Source: Octopus bimaculoides (lineage: Eukaryota). From it: a stretch of DNA of 63,883 nt. The notes under the pieces are model-generated. The model did not search any database. It worked only from the letters and a program-made list of their open reading frames with translations, and was not told the origin of the DNA. The DNA is taken from assembly GCF_001194135.2 (NCBI RefSeq), contig NC_068983.1, positions 72,006,873 to 72,070,755 on the forward strand, read 5' to 3'. Positions 37,966 to 52,029 of the stretch are shown here, in pieces; position 1 is the stretch's first letter, and each line of letters begins with the position of its first letter. The translations under genes were made by a program, and so were the position numbers.

Positions 37966-39174
37966 TTTACTTGTTAAAAGAAGAAAGCACTAACACACAC
38001 ATACATTTGTTGGGTTTCTTTCAGTTTTTGTTCACTAAATCCACTCACAAAGCTTTGGCTGGCTTGAGACTTTGGTACGAGAACACTTGTCCAAGATGCC
38101 ATAGAGTGGGACTGAACCTGAAACTATGTGGTTGGGAAGCTAGCTTGTTAACCACAGTCATCTGTACCTACCTACCTATCTGTGTGTGTGTGTGTATGTG
38201 TGTGCATGCATGTAATATTTGTGTAATAAGACAAAAGCTTAGTAAATAACATAAGAGCTAGTTTCACATCACAGTATTTGCAGGCATATCTCATAGATCA
38301 GTACTGATGTAGCAAAAAGAGACACAAACTGATTCAAATAATTCTCTAGCATTTAGCAGCTGAAAAATCCATCATTGTACCAAATAACATTACGCTGTAA
38401 ATGAAGTGTCTGCAATCAAAACATCCAGCAATCCTTGCAAATCAACAGCTGGCTCAGCCAATGTATACAGACATGACAGAATTTCAATGCCTCAACGTCA
38501 ACATGGAGAAATGCAAGTAAAAAATGTTGATAGTTAAAGCATGAATATTGTCAGATAAAGCTATAAATTTTCTAGAGAAGTATCTAATGAAGATTCTTCT
38601 AACTCAATTGCATTATTTTTTTGTCTTGTCTTTTTTATTTTTTTGGCTTTTAAAAATTTCTCTTCCATGTTTTAACTAATAAATCTAACCAAATAGAGCA
38701 CACAAGTTTCATTTATACAACAAGAGTTTCATATTAGATTACTGAAATGCATATATATTAGCTATTAAGATGAACATAGTTATTGTTGTTTTAAACATAC
38801 TCAAAGTATTTAAAATTCACTTCAAACAACGGGTTAACAAAAGATTCAGAGGATTAACTTAAAGAGAATCAAAACTTCAGTTGTGCTAGATACACAGAAC
38901 TAGGGGCACACATGAAATAAAGTAATAAAGTTCATGAGCTGGTAGGACAGCTCCACAGATCTAGTTGATGGTTTTAGCCACTAGGCGACAAATATTTTGT
39001 TATTGTTAAGCCCCATAACAGACCCAGCATCAAAAGAAGTCTAGCAATGAGTTGTTCCATCTGTTTTGGGGTATGCAGAACAACTTTGTCTCATCTGTCC
39101 TTTTCTCAAGACAGTAGGGTGTGATTTGAGAGAGATTCAGCTGCTATGTCTAGTAGATTGCTCAAACACATAGC

Positions 39175-39425
39175 ACAGTGATTCCCAAAATGTAGAGTAT
39201 TGGTTTCCAATGAAGATAACAGTGATTCCAACGTATATAGCAGTGGTTTCCATTATGCAGAACAATGGTTTCACTGCATAGAACAGCAGTTTCCAATATG
39301 TAGAGCAACGATTCCTATGTGTAGCACAAGTGGTATCCAATGAGTAGAATAGTGGTTCCCATGAATTTGACAGCACTACAAATGTGCACTGAATAGCAGT
39401 TCCTATGCATTTAGCAGTTTACAGT
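39175..39425. repeat. Degenerate ~21-bp minisatellite, about 11 units
   Basis: Unit resembles agtggtttccaatatgtagaac. Confidence 0.7.
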
Positions 39426-40528
39426 TTACAACCTTTTGCCATCTTGACCCTTTTCGAAAATTAAAAACCGGTCATAACCCTTATGTTTTTTTTTTAATAT
39501 TTAAATAAGATATATGGGGATGCTCTTAACATTTGATACTTTTCCTGAGAAAATATTCGTCATCATTTTTTTTTTTTCAGTAAATGTTATATTATAGGCA
39601 TTGTAACTTTAGGTTATTGCCTAACATAATCATGAACATTTTATATTTTATCACATGTTTATAAAGAGAAAGATTTTCTCTTTGTAATTCTTTCAGGATT
39701 ACACTTGTACTCAAATTCAGTGAAAGGAGCAATGCACATAGCCTTCACAAATACTGCAAGTCAGATTAGATTGATGTCATTAACATATTGCTTATACTAT
39801 TGTGAGCTGATGACTACAGGAAAGATATTCAAGGAGGAAATTCCAAAAAGCCAGTACTCTAGGTCAAGTGGTTGGTGTAGGACTGGGGTGAGAAACTGGA
39901 CACAACAAGTGAGGAGAGGGTGAGAGATGAGTGATTTGAAAGTGCCTGAGTAGAGGTGGCATGAGACCAATGAGCTTTTAGGAGCAGAGGCTGTCTTAAT
40001 AACTGTAGAAAAAACAGGAGATAGAGTAGATTTGTGAGTTGGAACCTAGGAAGTGTCTGGGTGTCTTTACTCTGGATGTGTGTGTAGCAGCAGCACCATT
40101 CAAGGTGTAGGAACAGTGCTCCATTGCAGGTTTTACCTGAACTACATTCTCTCAGAGAGAGGGGAGAGAGAGAGAGAGAGAGAGAGAGAGGTGCATGTGT
40201 GTGTGTGTACACATGCATGTGTGTGTGTTTGTGCATGTTAAGCCAAAAATAGAACCATGACATAAAATAGACAAATGCCTCTCAAATCATCAAACCTGAA
40301 CATCTTCAAAAAACAAAGAACATATTGGATGTTGTAGTTTTGAATTCATGACTGAAATAAGACAGGATGGTCATAACTAAGATTGTAATTGATAATAGAC
40401 CTGCTTAATCAAACCAGACCTAGGGCCAAACAACAACATGCATCTGTGTGTATGTGTACATACATACATACATACATACATACATAAATGTTTGTTTTTA
40501 TGTCAAGTTATATATAAAAGCAATTTAA

Positions 40529-40679
40529 CATTTAAAATAACACACAAAAGCCGTCAGATTCACTTCAACATTTAAATTTAATTTGTCAAAATATTTTCGT
40601 CACTTTGAGACCGCGACCTGTTCAATGACAAAATTGTGCAGCACAATTTTGTCAGTGAATATTTGTGTTATTTTAAATG
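40529..40679. repeat. Asymmetric foldback with a central 29-bp palindrome
   Basis: TGACAAAATTGTGC-A-GCACAATTTTGTCA at 40626-40654. Outer inverted repeat CATTTAAAATAACACA/TGTGTTATTTTAAATG. Confidence 0.8.
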
Positions 40680-43454
40680 GCTTATAAACACCTTCCACAC
40701 TGCAATTGTTTTCTTTCCAGCACACGATCTCAGATCAGGTTACTTGCTATGCAAGTACATCTCCACAATTTAACATTAAACTAAAAGATTGCTCAATACT
40801 CTTTAGTAGAGTAACTGTTCATTAAATTTTAAAAGGGACAGGTTGACAGTGACTTTGAAATTTTGGCTAACTCATTGGACCCTAAAACAATTTTGAATGA
40901 ATTTACCTGTTGTTTGATCAGATAGACTATTTATTTATTGCATTAGTGTGTAAACGGTTGAGTACTTCAAAGGCATGTGCATTCTTAATGGAATCTGCAT
41001 GTAACAAAGCTAGCCCCTTGAATTACTTGTATAACCCATGAGATGAGCTTCTACACAGTGTTCATCTACCCAATTTCACTCACAAGCCTCAATGTTCATC
41101 TACTCACAGTGTTCATCTACCCAACTTCACTCACAAGGTTACTGTATAAATTGTTTGCTGAAGATGCAATGCAGTGGGATTGAACTTGAAATCTCATCAT
41201 TGCAAAGCAAGCTCCTTGACTACTTGACCATATTTGTATCCACACACACACATGTACATGTGTGTGTTAGTATGTATAATGATTACAGAGAAAATGACAA
41301 TGGTGGAATCAATAATGGTTTCTGATATCAGCCCAGGAATCAATAGTGAGAAGACACTAATGTTAAGTATAACCTAATTCAACTCTCAACTATTACAACT
41401 CCATTAATTCACTCAATCAATGCTAATCTATCTTCAACTAAATTATCAATATTATGATGTTTGGCATGATGTCATTTAGTGTATTTAACATGCTTATCTA
41501 TTTAACACGCCTAACTGATTATATATAAATGTTTAACATTGTCTTTTAATGGGTCTGCATATAGGTTTGCTGAAAACTGAAATATTCTAAGTAGCTTTGC
41601 ACAGGTAAAATAAAAACCAGTGTCACTTCATTAATTTCTGCTCAATATTTAATTTGGAAATTTCCTCCATTTTTTTCTTTTCTTTTCTAGTTGATACATT
41701 AGACACTGTGCTTATTTTTGGTTGCTGCTGTGGTAAGCAGATGAGAGATCAATCTCTCCACGGACATAATTTTGGTTGATCTACTGCAGGAAGTAACTCC
41801 TTACTGCATGCTAACAAATGATTCATAAATTCTACAGTACTGCTGCTGCTGCTGCTCACAGAGGTGAGTTACAAATGATATAAAATTTGGCACATACTCA
41901 AAACAAATGAAGTTATCAGGCTACTAGAAACAGCAGCCAAATTTCAAGCCACTGAGACAGCCTCTACATAGGTGCAGATAAATCTTCTGCAAACTACATG
42001 CAACTACCGTAAATATGAAAAGGACACACTGAAGAAGAGAGTTCCTGATATACAAAAGTACCCAGTCAAGGCTGACCTAGGGCTAAAACAACAATAACAA
42101 CTTAGAGCTAAGTAGACTTGGCTACTGAGAGTTATGTGTCTTATTCCTGTGCTAGTTAGAAGACATGGTCCCACAGCTGCTTGGTTGGTATGCAGAAGTT
42201 GAAGAACACCTACTATATTTATTAAACTTAAATTTTTATATATATATGCCTCAGTAATAACTGATTGATCGTTCCTATGACTCTGAGGAGAATTAACTTG
42301 ACATTACCATTAGTACAAGTAATACCACAACTTGTAGAACCTTTATCTTTTGTAGGAGCCCAGAAGGAAGTATGAGCCCAGAAATATAATCAAGCAAAAC
42401 ATCTATAAATTTTTTAATTACCTTCATTGCAGAGATTAATTATATCTCATCATGTTACCTACTTAAGCTAGGCAAATTGAGATAGTGAGACAAGTGTCTT
42501 GATAGATTTCAGGATACAATCCATGAACTAGTAGGCCAGTATTTTAATAATTTTACTAGCTGCAGTTTTATGAAAAATACTTAGTAATATACGTAAACAG
42601 ATCAATATAAAAATACATTTTGAATATATATAAATATTTGTACTTTTTATATATAAAACATATAGCGGTGTACGTACACTTTGGTCTCTTATATAGAAGT
42701 ATATATTTATCTAAATCTTGTATGACTCTATTCTTTCTATTATTCTTTCCTTCTTTCTATCAGCCCTTTCAAGCCTACTTTGTTCATTCCACTCTTTGTT
42801 CTTTCGTTCCCCCTCTCTTACATTTCCTTGCCTTCTCTTCATGCTCACTTTCCCTACTCTTTTCCCTTCACTGTGTCCCTGTAATTTTTTCTCGCCCCTC
42901 CTTATTTCTTCTGTCCCTCTGCTTCTACTTCTCTCTCTTCTCTCCCCACATGACTGATGTTCGGCCAAGCCTGACCTTTCTTTCTTGGTTGGGCCACTGT
43001 CTGTGCAACATCTATATTCCTCCCTGTGCCTGTGAAAACTTGTATCCCTGCCAGAAGGCTTAACTTCCACACACACCAGCTTAATTTAATTTGTCCTTAG
43101 TCGAAAGACACCTGTTGTTATGTCATGTTATTTGTATTTGTGTAACATTCTCCATTTTTTTTCCATCCTTGTTCTCATATACATTCGCTGCTTTCTTCCA
43201 AGGAATCTAATGCACTTAGCTTAGTTTTTCCTTGCGGCTGGCCAGATCGGAGCAATTTCAAGTATAACCAGCCGAAATTGCAGAGATAATCTGAAACTTG
43301 ACTGAGGAAAGAAAACTCCAAATGACCCATCCTTGCTTTCTTTGTATCGTCTATCTGGATGTTTTGTTGTCCCTTTTTTGTATCACCTAACTGTCTGGAT
43401 GTTTTGCATTCTTGTCCCATTTTGTATTTTTTATATATAATATATATATACATA

Positions 43455-46007
43455 TATAACTTAGATTGGTTTCGGCCATTATCGGTCCAGGCCATGACTA
43501 ACTCAACAGCACCACCTGGAAAAGTCTTTTAGTTAATTATTTCGGGACACCATGGACCACTCAAACAGAGTTATTGTTGGTTGAAACATATCCAGGTGTT
43601 GGTGGTTTATCCAGTATTTCCTGGAGGAATTTGTCCAGGTACCATTTGAAAGTTGTGGGGTCTTTTTCTACTTTAATTTCTTTTCAGGTAACATTGAAAA
43701 GTGCAGGACCATTTGCAGTGAAGAAATGGTGTTGACCTTTGTAGGGGATGCATTGCATGGGAGCCCAGTCTTGGGTAAATTGTAAACATAATACCAATAT
43801 CATTTGGATAATATTGGTGGAATATTTTCCACATTGTGCAAATAATGTATCGCTCATGGTGGCATTGCAGAGAATAGAGCTTCAGCTGTTTAAGTCAAGC
43901 CAAATAATCAAGTCCCATCATTCCATTTATTTTTTTGTGATTGATCTTTGTGGTGCTTCAATCCTCATTATGGGTAGCAGTATTCGAGGTGGGGTGGGGG
44001 GTGTTGGCTAGCAAATGTGGAGAAGAGAGCGGAAAGTTCTGAGAATCCATGAGCACATTCTGTGGGCAACATCAACTTTTTTGTTGATGTGCACACTTCA
44101 ACTAAGGTCGCTGTCAACAGTTACACTCAAGCCTCTGATATTATCTGACAGTTCAAGTAGGTTTCCCAACAGTAGTGTATATGGTTGTTTGAGTGTGCCC
44201 TCTCTTCCAAAATGGAGCTCAAATTTTTCTTTGTTCAACTGCATATTGTTTTTTTGTGCCCACTGGGTTACTGTGCATAGGTCCAGTTGAAGCATTGTTC
44301 AATCATATGCTCCCTTAATGACTTTCTGGAGCTTAGAGTCATCTACAAATATTTTTATGGTGCCATGTTCAATGGAATCTGCAATGTCATTGATATAGAC
44401 GATAAAAAGAAGTGGACCCAGCACAGTACTCTGTGGGACTCCGCTGATGACTTTTGCTGGTCTTGAGTGGATGTCATCAGCTACAACATGCTGGGTCCTG
44501 TTTGTTAGGGAATACCTAATCCGTTGAAGTAGCTTTCCACTAATTCCAGTGTTGGATAGTTTCTTTAACAGTATATTGTGGTTGACTCTATCAAAAGCCT
44601 TGCTGAAATCATGGTATATGACATCTGTGTTGGAGCCCTCACTTAGTACATTTAAGATGTCATCAAAGTGGTGGAGGAGCTGTTTTAGACAGTCCCTCTT
44701 ACCATGAAAGCCATGCTGGTTTCAATTTAGGAGATGATCTTGTTCTAGGAAGGCTGTTATTCTTGATCTCAACACACTCTCAAATACTTTGATGATATGT
44801 AAGGTGAGTGAGATTGGACAGTAGTTTACAGGAAGTGATTTATTCCCCTTTTTAAAGATAGGAACAACTGACTGGGAGAGAAGGTTTTGAGGGATAAAAC
44901 CGGCATCCAGTGATTTCCTCCAGAGATTTGCAAGAGGAACTGCAAATTGCTGTCTACATTCCTTCAGCACTCTAACAGAGAACATGTCTGTACCCACTGC
45001 TGAATCAGGTTTGATTTCTTTTATTACTGCTAGAATATCAGTGGCGTTGAAGGTTATGTCGGAAAGGACATGTTGAGGATTCACAGAAGCAAAGCTGCTT
45101 GAGTCAACTGAATCAGGGTCACTGAAGACAGAGCAGTACTAACTTTGCAGGATCTCAGTCATATCTTTGGCATTACTGTGAAGGATGCCGTTTCCATCAA
45201 CCAGTGGGCTGATAAATGAAACTGGTCATTTATGAAGGTTCTCATACAGTCCTGCAGTTGTTGCTTCCTTGATTCCAAGGTTGTTAATGTTCTCGATCGG
45301 GGGTAATGCCGATGGTGGCATTTTAGGGTTTTGATTTTTCGGTTTATTCTTTTTATTCTCCTGGTGAGCGATTTTCTGTTTTGGAATCCTGCATCTACTC
45401 TTGTTTATGAGTTGTGAGGATGTGTGTGTTTTGAGTATATGTGGGTGACTGTGTCCTCAAATAGTTGCCATGTATTTGTGTTTGTTGTGGTATTGGAGGA
45501 AGCAAGGGTAAAAGATCAGTCCACTTGCGATAAGTTTTGAGTGATCGCACTCCAGTTTGACTTGTGTAAATTCATGTTATCTAATAGGTGCACTGGAGTT
45601 AGTGATTTATGCCAAATTTCTGGATGCTGAAGATCGCGGTTACAGAATACTATGTCATGATCAGAGAGGAGGGTTCTTTCCACTGTGATGTTATGAATAG
45701 TGTTAGCATGGTTGCTTAGTACTAAGTCCAAGACACTTTGGTTATTTCTGGTTGGTTCATGGACAAGTTGTGACAGGAAAAAATTATCCATAAATTTTAA
45801 AAGTAACTCCACTGCTGCTTTGTCTGAGCTTGAGGTGAAGGTTCCTGGTCTAAAAATATTAGTGGACCAGTCTACAGAGGGTAGGTTGAAGTTGCCCATC
45901 ATCAGAATATTTTCTAGGTTACATTGCAGGAGGAAAGATTTGATCTTCTCAAGGCACTCTTGGAAATAGTTTAAGGGTGCTTGTGGGGGGTCTGTAGAGC
46001 CAATCAC
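43455..46007 (-). mobile_element. CR1/L2-group LINE pseudogene (APE fragment plus RT), internally deleted and frameshifted
   Basis: APE motif MMGNFNLPSVDW...LDLVLSN. RT motifs SGVPQSTVLGPLLF and FVDD (44349-44338). LLLGNLLELSDNIRGLSVTVDSDLS. The 3' end abuts (TA)n. Confidence 0.88.
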
Positions 46008-46029
46008 ATATTCATATATATATATATCT

Positions 46030-46320
46030 TTTATCCTTTACTTGTTTCAGTCATTTGACAGCAGCCATTTTGGGGCACAGCCTTGAAGGGTTTTAGTCAA
46101 ACAAATTGATACCAGGACTTTTCTTTTTTAAGCCTAGTACTTATTCTATCAGTCTCTTTTGCCAAGCCACCAAGGTACAGGGACATAGACACACCAACAC
46201 ACACACACATACGAAGGGTTTCTTTCAGTTTCTGTCCACCAAATCTGTTCACAAGGCTTTGGTCAACCTGAGGCGGGAGCAGAAGACACTTGCCCAAATT
46301 GCCACACAGTGGGACTGCTC
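46030..46320 (-). mobile_element. SINE family A copy, truncated
   Basis: Matches the tail and central modules of 59236-59686. Confidence 0.75.
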
Positions 46321-46331
46321 ACTGAGCCATG

Positions 46332-46399
<68 letters not shown>

Positions 46400-46403
<4 letters not shown>

Positions 46404-46560
46404 TTGAGATTTATAGAAAAACAAAAGACGAAGACAGGTGTATGAGCAACAAGCAAATGTATTAGTTTGACACTAGGGAAAATGAAAAAGTCTTCTACGT
46501 TTCGAGCCTGAGCGGCTTCAACAGAAAGGAATAAGAGAAAATAAACACAGAGAGAATGAA
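46400..46560 (-). mobile_element. Second copy of the hammerhead-like repeat seen at 1-135
   Basis: Minus strand reads TCCTTT-CTGTTGA-A-GCCGCTCAGGCTC-GAAAC-GTA-GAAGA (46530-46491). Abuts a long (TA)n. Confidence 0.6.
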
Positions 46561-47574
46561 AAAAACTTTTAGATTTCAGCAGTCCATAAAACAATTTAAC
46601 ATACATATATACTTTCTGATACAGACCATGCACAAACACATACATATACCAAAATGCACACATATATACAACTTCATTCAATCCTTGCCTACATAAAGGC
46701 CTGTTCCATAAGTGCAAACAATGAAAGAACATGCATAGATGAATAAAGTTTGCAGCACATATAAATGTACATTATCTTATCTCTCAACATTGTCATCATT
46801 GTTATAATAGCTTTTACATTTGTTTCTGCTTCTAGCATCCTAGATTTGTTATACATATCAATCATATTCAGAGTTTTCTATGATAAATATCTAATTCTAC
46901 TTTTATCAATTACTAAATAATGACTGATTTCACCAAATATTCCTGCGATACTTCTTCTCATCACATTTCTGTAATACTACAAAATCCGTTCCTGCCACAT
47001 CTCCTTAATACATCTTCCTGTAAGCACCTTATTTGCAGATGGATGGCTCTTATGTCCTTGGAACTGTGCTAAATTTTTAGCCTTTCCAAACATAATCTAT
47101 CACTAAAAAATTCATTACGCCAAAGTATATTTATATGCTAGCATACATAGTCTTATGCTGGAATGAAAATTGGGGATATATCCACTTTGAAGTCTTTAGA
47201 AACATGGCAGCAAAGCTAAGTATCTTTGACATGGATAAATGGAGTGGAAACTGCTATATTTGATGATGCTTACACTATGATGCTGAGAACTCAAGGTACA
47301 TTCTCCAAGTTTCATTTTATAGCAGGACTATGTTCTCAAACATATAAACACATTTCAAATTCCATTGTGTGTTGGCTTGGTAAACAAAAATCCAATACAA
47401 GAGTCTCCATAGTGTCACTCATCCTGTCAGAAATAGTGATCAAGTCTCCCTCAAATCACTTCCAACTTGGCATATTTTTACTCTGCTGTCATAATCTGTA
47501 AGCATTACTTGCCTGGAACTTTATATTCATATTAATTACACAGATAGAAGGAATAAAGACATGCTGATATATAT

Positions 47575-48183
47575 TTTTTTATTCTTTTACATGTTTCAGT
47601 CATTTGACTGTGGTCATACTGGAGCACCACCTTAAAGGGTTTTTAGTAGAAGAAACTGACCATTCTTTGTAAGCCTAGTATTTTTTCTATTGGTCTCTTT
47701 TACTGAACTGCTAAGTTACAGGGGAGACGTAAACACACCAACATCGGTTGTCAAGCAATGGGGGGGGGGGCAAATGCAGACACATAAATACATATGATCA
47801 TATATATATAACATTCGAGCGAGGTCGTTGCCAGTGCCGCTGGNNNNNNNNNNATCATATATATATAACATTCGAGCGAGGTCGTTGCCAGTGCCGCTGG
47901 ATTGGCTCCTGTGCAGGTGGCACGTAAAAAACACCATTTGAGCATGGCCATTGCCAGTACCGCCTGACTGGCCCTCGCGCTGGTTGCACATAAAAGCACC
48001 GACTACACTCTCGGAGTGGTTGATGTTAGGAAGAGCATCCAGCTGTAGAAACTCTGCCAGATCAGATTGGAGTTTGGTGCAGCCATCTGGTTCACCAGTC
48101 CCCAGTCAAATTGTCCAACCCATGCTAGCATGGAAAGCAGACATTAAATGATGATGATGATGATGATGATGATGATGTTGACG

Positions 48184-48218
<35 letters not shown>

Positions 48219-48355
48219 TATGACAGACTTCTTTCAGTTTCCATCTACCAATTCCACTCACAAGGCTTTGGTCGGCCTGAGGCTATAAAGGTGCCACACA
48301 GTGAGACTAAACCTAGAATTGTGTGGTTGGGAAGCAAGCATCTTACCACACAGCC
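47575..48355 (-). mobile_element. SINE family A copy split by a plus-strand RTE 3' UTR (~47810-48181) inside its internal microsatellite
   Basis: SINE tail at 47575-47800 and head at 48215-48355. The intervening sequence matches the RTE 3' UTR and ends in (GAT)n. Confidence 0.75.
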
Positions 48356-51300
48356 ACAGCATTGTTACACTATAAGCTAATGGGTCCCTGAATTTTCTTG
48401 TGCTCCTTCTGTTATTTAGCTTCAATGTCTGTTATTTAGCTGCAACAATGTCTGCTATTTAGCTGAAAAGGTCTTTCTGTAAATACAGTTCTGTCTTGTA
48501 TGGTAAAAGCATATTATTAATGCCAGAATATGAAGAGATTGCAAGCAAGAGATATCAAACATCTCGACTAACCACATTCAATATATACAGATGAATCAAT
48601 AAATAAATAGGTTAATAAAAAAATTATTGCTTTTTAAATTTTCATTGCACAAAAACACATAAAAATCTATAACTAAAACACTGAAGGTTGAGTCAGTTAA
48701 CCTTGTCCCACTTCCCTGGCAAAAATATGTATTGTGTCTGAGGCTGAATATGTGAGTACAGACAGCAGCATGGTCAGACACTTATGAAGTTCAGTTTGAA
48801 ATCATGAGAGCTAAGGTTCAGTCTCACTGCAATGCATCTTGGGTTGATCAAGCCTTGTGAAAGAAACTGTATGGATGGCAGCTGTAGAAGTGTCAATCAG
48901 GAGGACTGCACATGCCATTGAAAGTCTTGGCCTTGTCATACTGCATTATGGTGATTCTGACTGAGGTTTATATTAAGGTAGAAGGCGTAAATTCAATAGT
49001 CAGCCATTTTAACAGTCATGATAACAGTGTGTGTGCTGGTGTGGTTCCATTATTCAAACACGTAGAATATGACTTGAGATTCAGCATATCAACTTGCAAG
49101 TAGTAAAATATATATGTGTATTAGTACACACACGCACACACACACACACACACATACATATTTATGCTTGTAAGATTGGACCTTGGAAAAGGTAATAGTC
49201 ATCAAGAATGTTTTCATTAATATGTGTGTTTGTGTTAGTAAAGGAAACATCTAAACTATTTTTTCATTAAAAGTACTAAACTTTCTTGAAAAAAAAAAAC
49301 CAATTTTCTTTCTTCCAACCCTCTTTAAATATCTGCCCCCCACTCACTTTTTTGTATTTTTCATTGACAAAAATCTATGTAACTTTGTGATGTTTCATTG
49401 TTCTTCAGTATTAATTATTTCTACTTTGAAGTCTTCCCAATCAATATGCTTTCAATAAGACAACAAAGATAACAGAAATTGAAATAAAAATGAAAATGGA
49501 GCACCAAGTAGCATTTCTAAACAGTTTTGAAAAACAGTGAAATACAAACGAGGAATGAAATAATTAGCCTCAACACCCACCCACCAAAAACAAAACAAAA
49601 CAAAAAAAAGTAAAAGAAAATGGGAAAGGGAAAAATTTATTAAAACAGACACCAAATTGATCCTGGAAAAGATTTCATAACAGAATAGGTGTTGTTGTTA
49701 TTGGTGGTGGTGGCAATGGCAGCATTGTATTTTTTTCTGAAAGGGATAATTAAATCAAATTACCGTTTTTTAAAAAAGTTTTCTTGGTATTGTTGTAGTT
49801 GTTGTTGTTGTTGTTTGTTAGCTCCAGTTCAGCTGTGACATAACATGAACTTCTTCACAAAGGCATTTTCCCCATAACCATCCAGTAGCTCCTTCAAACG
49901 CTGCATATCTAAGAGGTCATTATCTAATGTGTGGTCCATAATCTATCCTTCACTTTTCTCAGTGGCAGAGTGTAGTTCAAGATAGATTTGGCTACTGTTT
50001 CTAGCATAACCACACAGAATCTTCTTCATTAGTTTATAGAGTTTTGTAATAGTCATAATAGCTATCCTCCTTCTCCTCCTCACTATTTTCATTGTTGTTG
50101 TTGCTGTTCTTGTTGTTCTTGTCTACTTTTCCTAGCTTTCATGTGTCAGATGGAATCCAATGAGACAATTCTCTACGGCTAGATGCCCTTCCTGTCACCA
50201 ACCCTCACTGTTTCCAAGTAAGGTAATTTTTTTCCCCCCTGGCTGCACATGTTTTCACAGAAGATTGGAAATGAAGGACAACACTTCTATGATGGTGACA
50301 CTTGTCAGGGCCAGGAGATGACAGAAGAGAGACAAATGAAAGCGAACCAGAATGGTATAAGTGACAAGGAGGAGAGGAAAACGTAAGAGGAGAGAGAAAG
50401 AGACAGAATGATAGCTAGCACTAAAGAGTGAGTTGTGTGTGTGATTGAGTATGTGTGCATATATCGTTTAAGAAACGTGAAAGAATAATCTTTACAAACC
50501 AGGGGAAAAAATTTACTGAGAGAAACAACTGAAACATTACTATATGTGATGTTGGAGAAAAATGAAAATTTTATCTTTATGGAGAGAGAGGGAGGAGAGG
50601 AAGAGAGAGAGAGAAATAACTACATAGTTTTGAAATGTGATAAAAAAATCAAACCAACTCTGCTTTCTGAAGTGTGTAAAGAATGGATTACAATGCATAT
50701 ATTACTGTGAAACTTTCAAATTAAAGAAACTATGGGAGAACCAGAACAATAATGAATTCAATGAGAAAAAAATTTAAGATGGAGAAATGGAAATAGAAAT
50801 CAACCTTTTATAAAATGAAATGGGAATGCAATACTAAAAATCTTTACTATTGTCAACCATGAAATGCAAACCATTCTCAGTAGTAAATCAATTGGAAATG
50901 TCCTTTCTATTTTCACATTTCCACAGAAATTGAAGAATGTCAAAACAAGAAGAATAAGGACTTAAAAAAGGTGAAATGAAAGTGGAAAATAGTTCATAAG
51001 ACATCAAATGAAAAAGAAAAAGTAATTCTTGGTGGAACAAAAATTTAAAAAATCTATTCATGAGACTAAGTTTCATGCATACAAAAATAATAAATAAAAT
51101 GTCGAATTTAAGTTTTGAAAATTTGTAAAAACCCAAAATGTGAGAAGAAACCAACAACAATCAGCATACACACTCATCAAACAATGCTTGTAGATACTGC
51201 ATTACATAACAGTAATTTGAACTGTAGAAATTAAGTTTCAATAAACAAAGTGGGGTATAAGACAAGGTAAGCAAATGAAAAACTATGAAAACTAAGATAT

Positions 51301-52029
51301 TCCAAATTGAGATATTCCAAGTTTAACAATTGAACTAAAATAAATCTACCAGTCCACTTTCCAATATCATATAGAAAGTATTGCTACTCTCGTGATCTCA
51401 GTAAAAATGAATAAGCTTGACAAAGTGCAATACAGTTTAACAAGATGGTTGTTTTTTAACTATTAAGCTCATTATAGAGTTGAAAGAATTTTCAATATTT
51501 TTATTTACAATTTGTCTCATTTGCATGAAATTTCTATGCAAATCACAACTTCTATGAATTACCAAAAGTTCATAAAAAGTGAAATTATCACATATATGTA
51601 CGAAAATGCAGCATTACAGTGAGATTCACAAATTTTATAATTTTAAGACTTTTATAGTTTCTGAGACATAAAAATAACAATAATTAATAAACTTATTGAA
51701 TGCACTGCTCAGGTCTATGACAACTCATCAGGAAAAAGTAAAAGAGAGGACAGAAAGCAGCCACTCATGTAAATAAAGACAGCAATGATAGCCAATAACA
51801 CATGTATATCACATAGGATAAAACCCCAAAAAGACAGAAGAGTGAATAGTAAAAAAGCCAAAAAGAGGAAAGAGCAGAAAGGTACATCAGAAGTAGCATC
51901 AGTAAATTTAAAGAAGCATGGAATATTTGAAGGAAACAGTATCTTGATAGCTAACAACTGATTCAGATGATTTATACCATACTTCAACGATTCAGAACTT
52001 GAAAAATATATTTTTAAAAGCTACGGGTG

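Noticed and set aside
43298-43330. Hammerhead-like CTGAGGA...CAAAT motif
   Set aside because: Stem II is only 2 bp, GAAA is absent and there is no stem I. Too degenerate to support.
47797-47900. Direct duplication of ~47 bp (atcatatatatataacattcgagcgaggtcgttgccagtgccgctgg)
   Set aside because: An exact copy sits on each side of a 10-N gap, the typical signature of overlapping contig ends.
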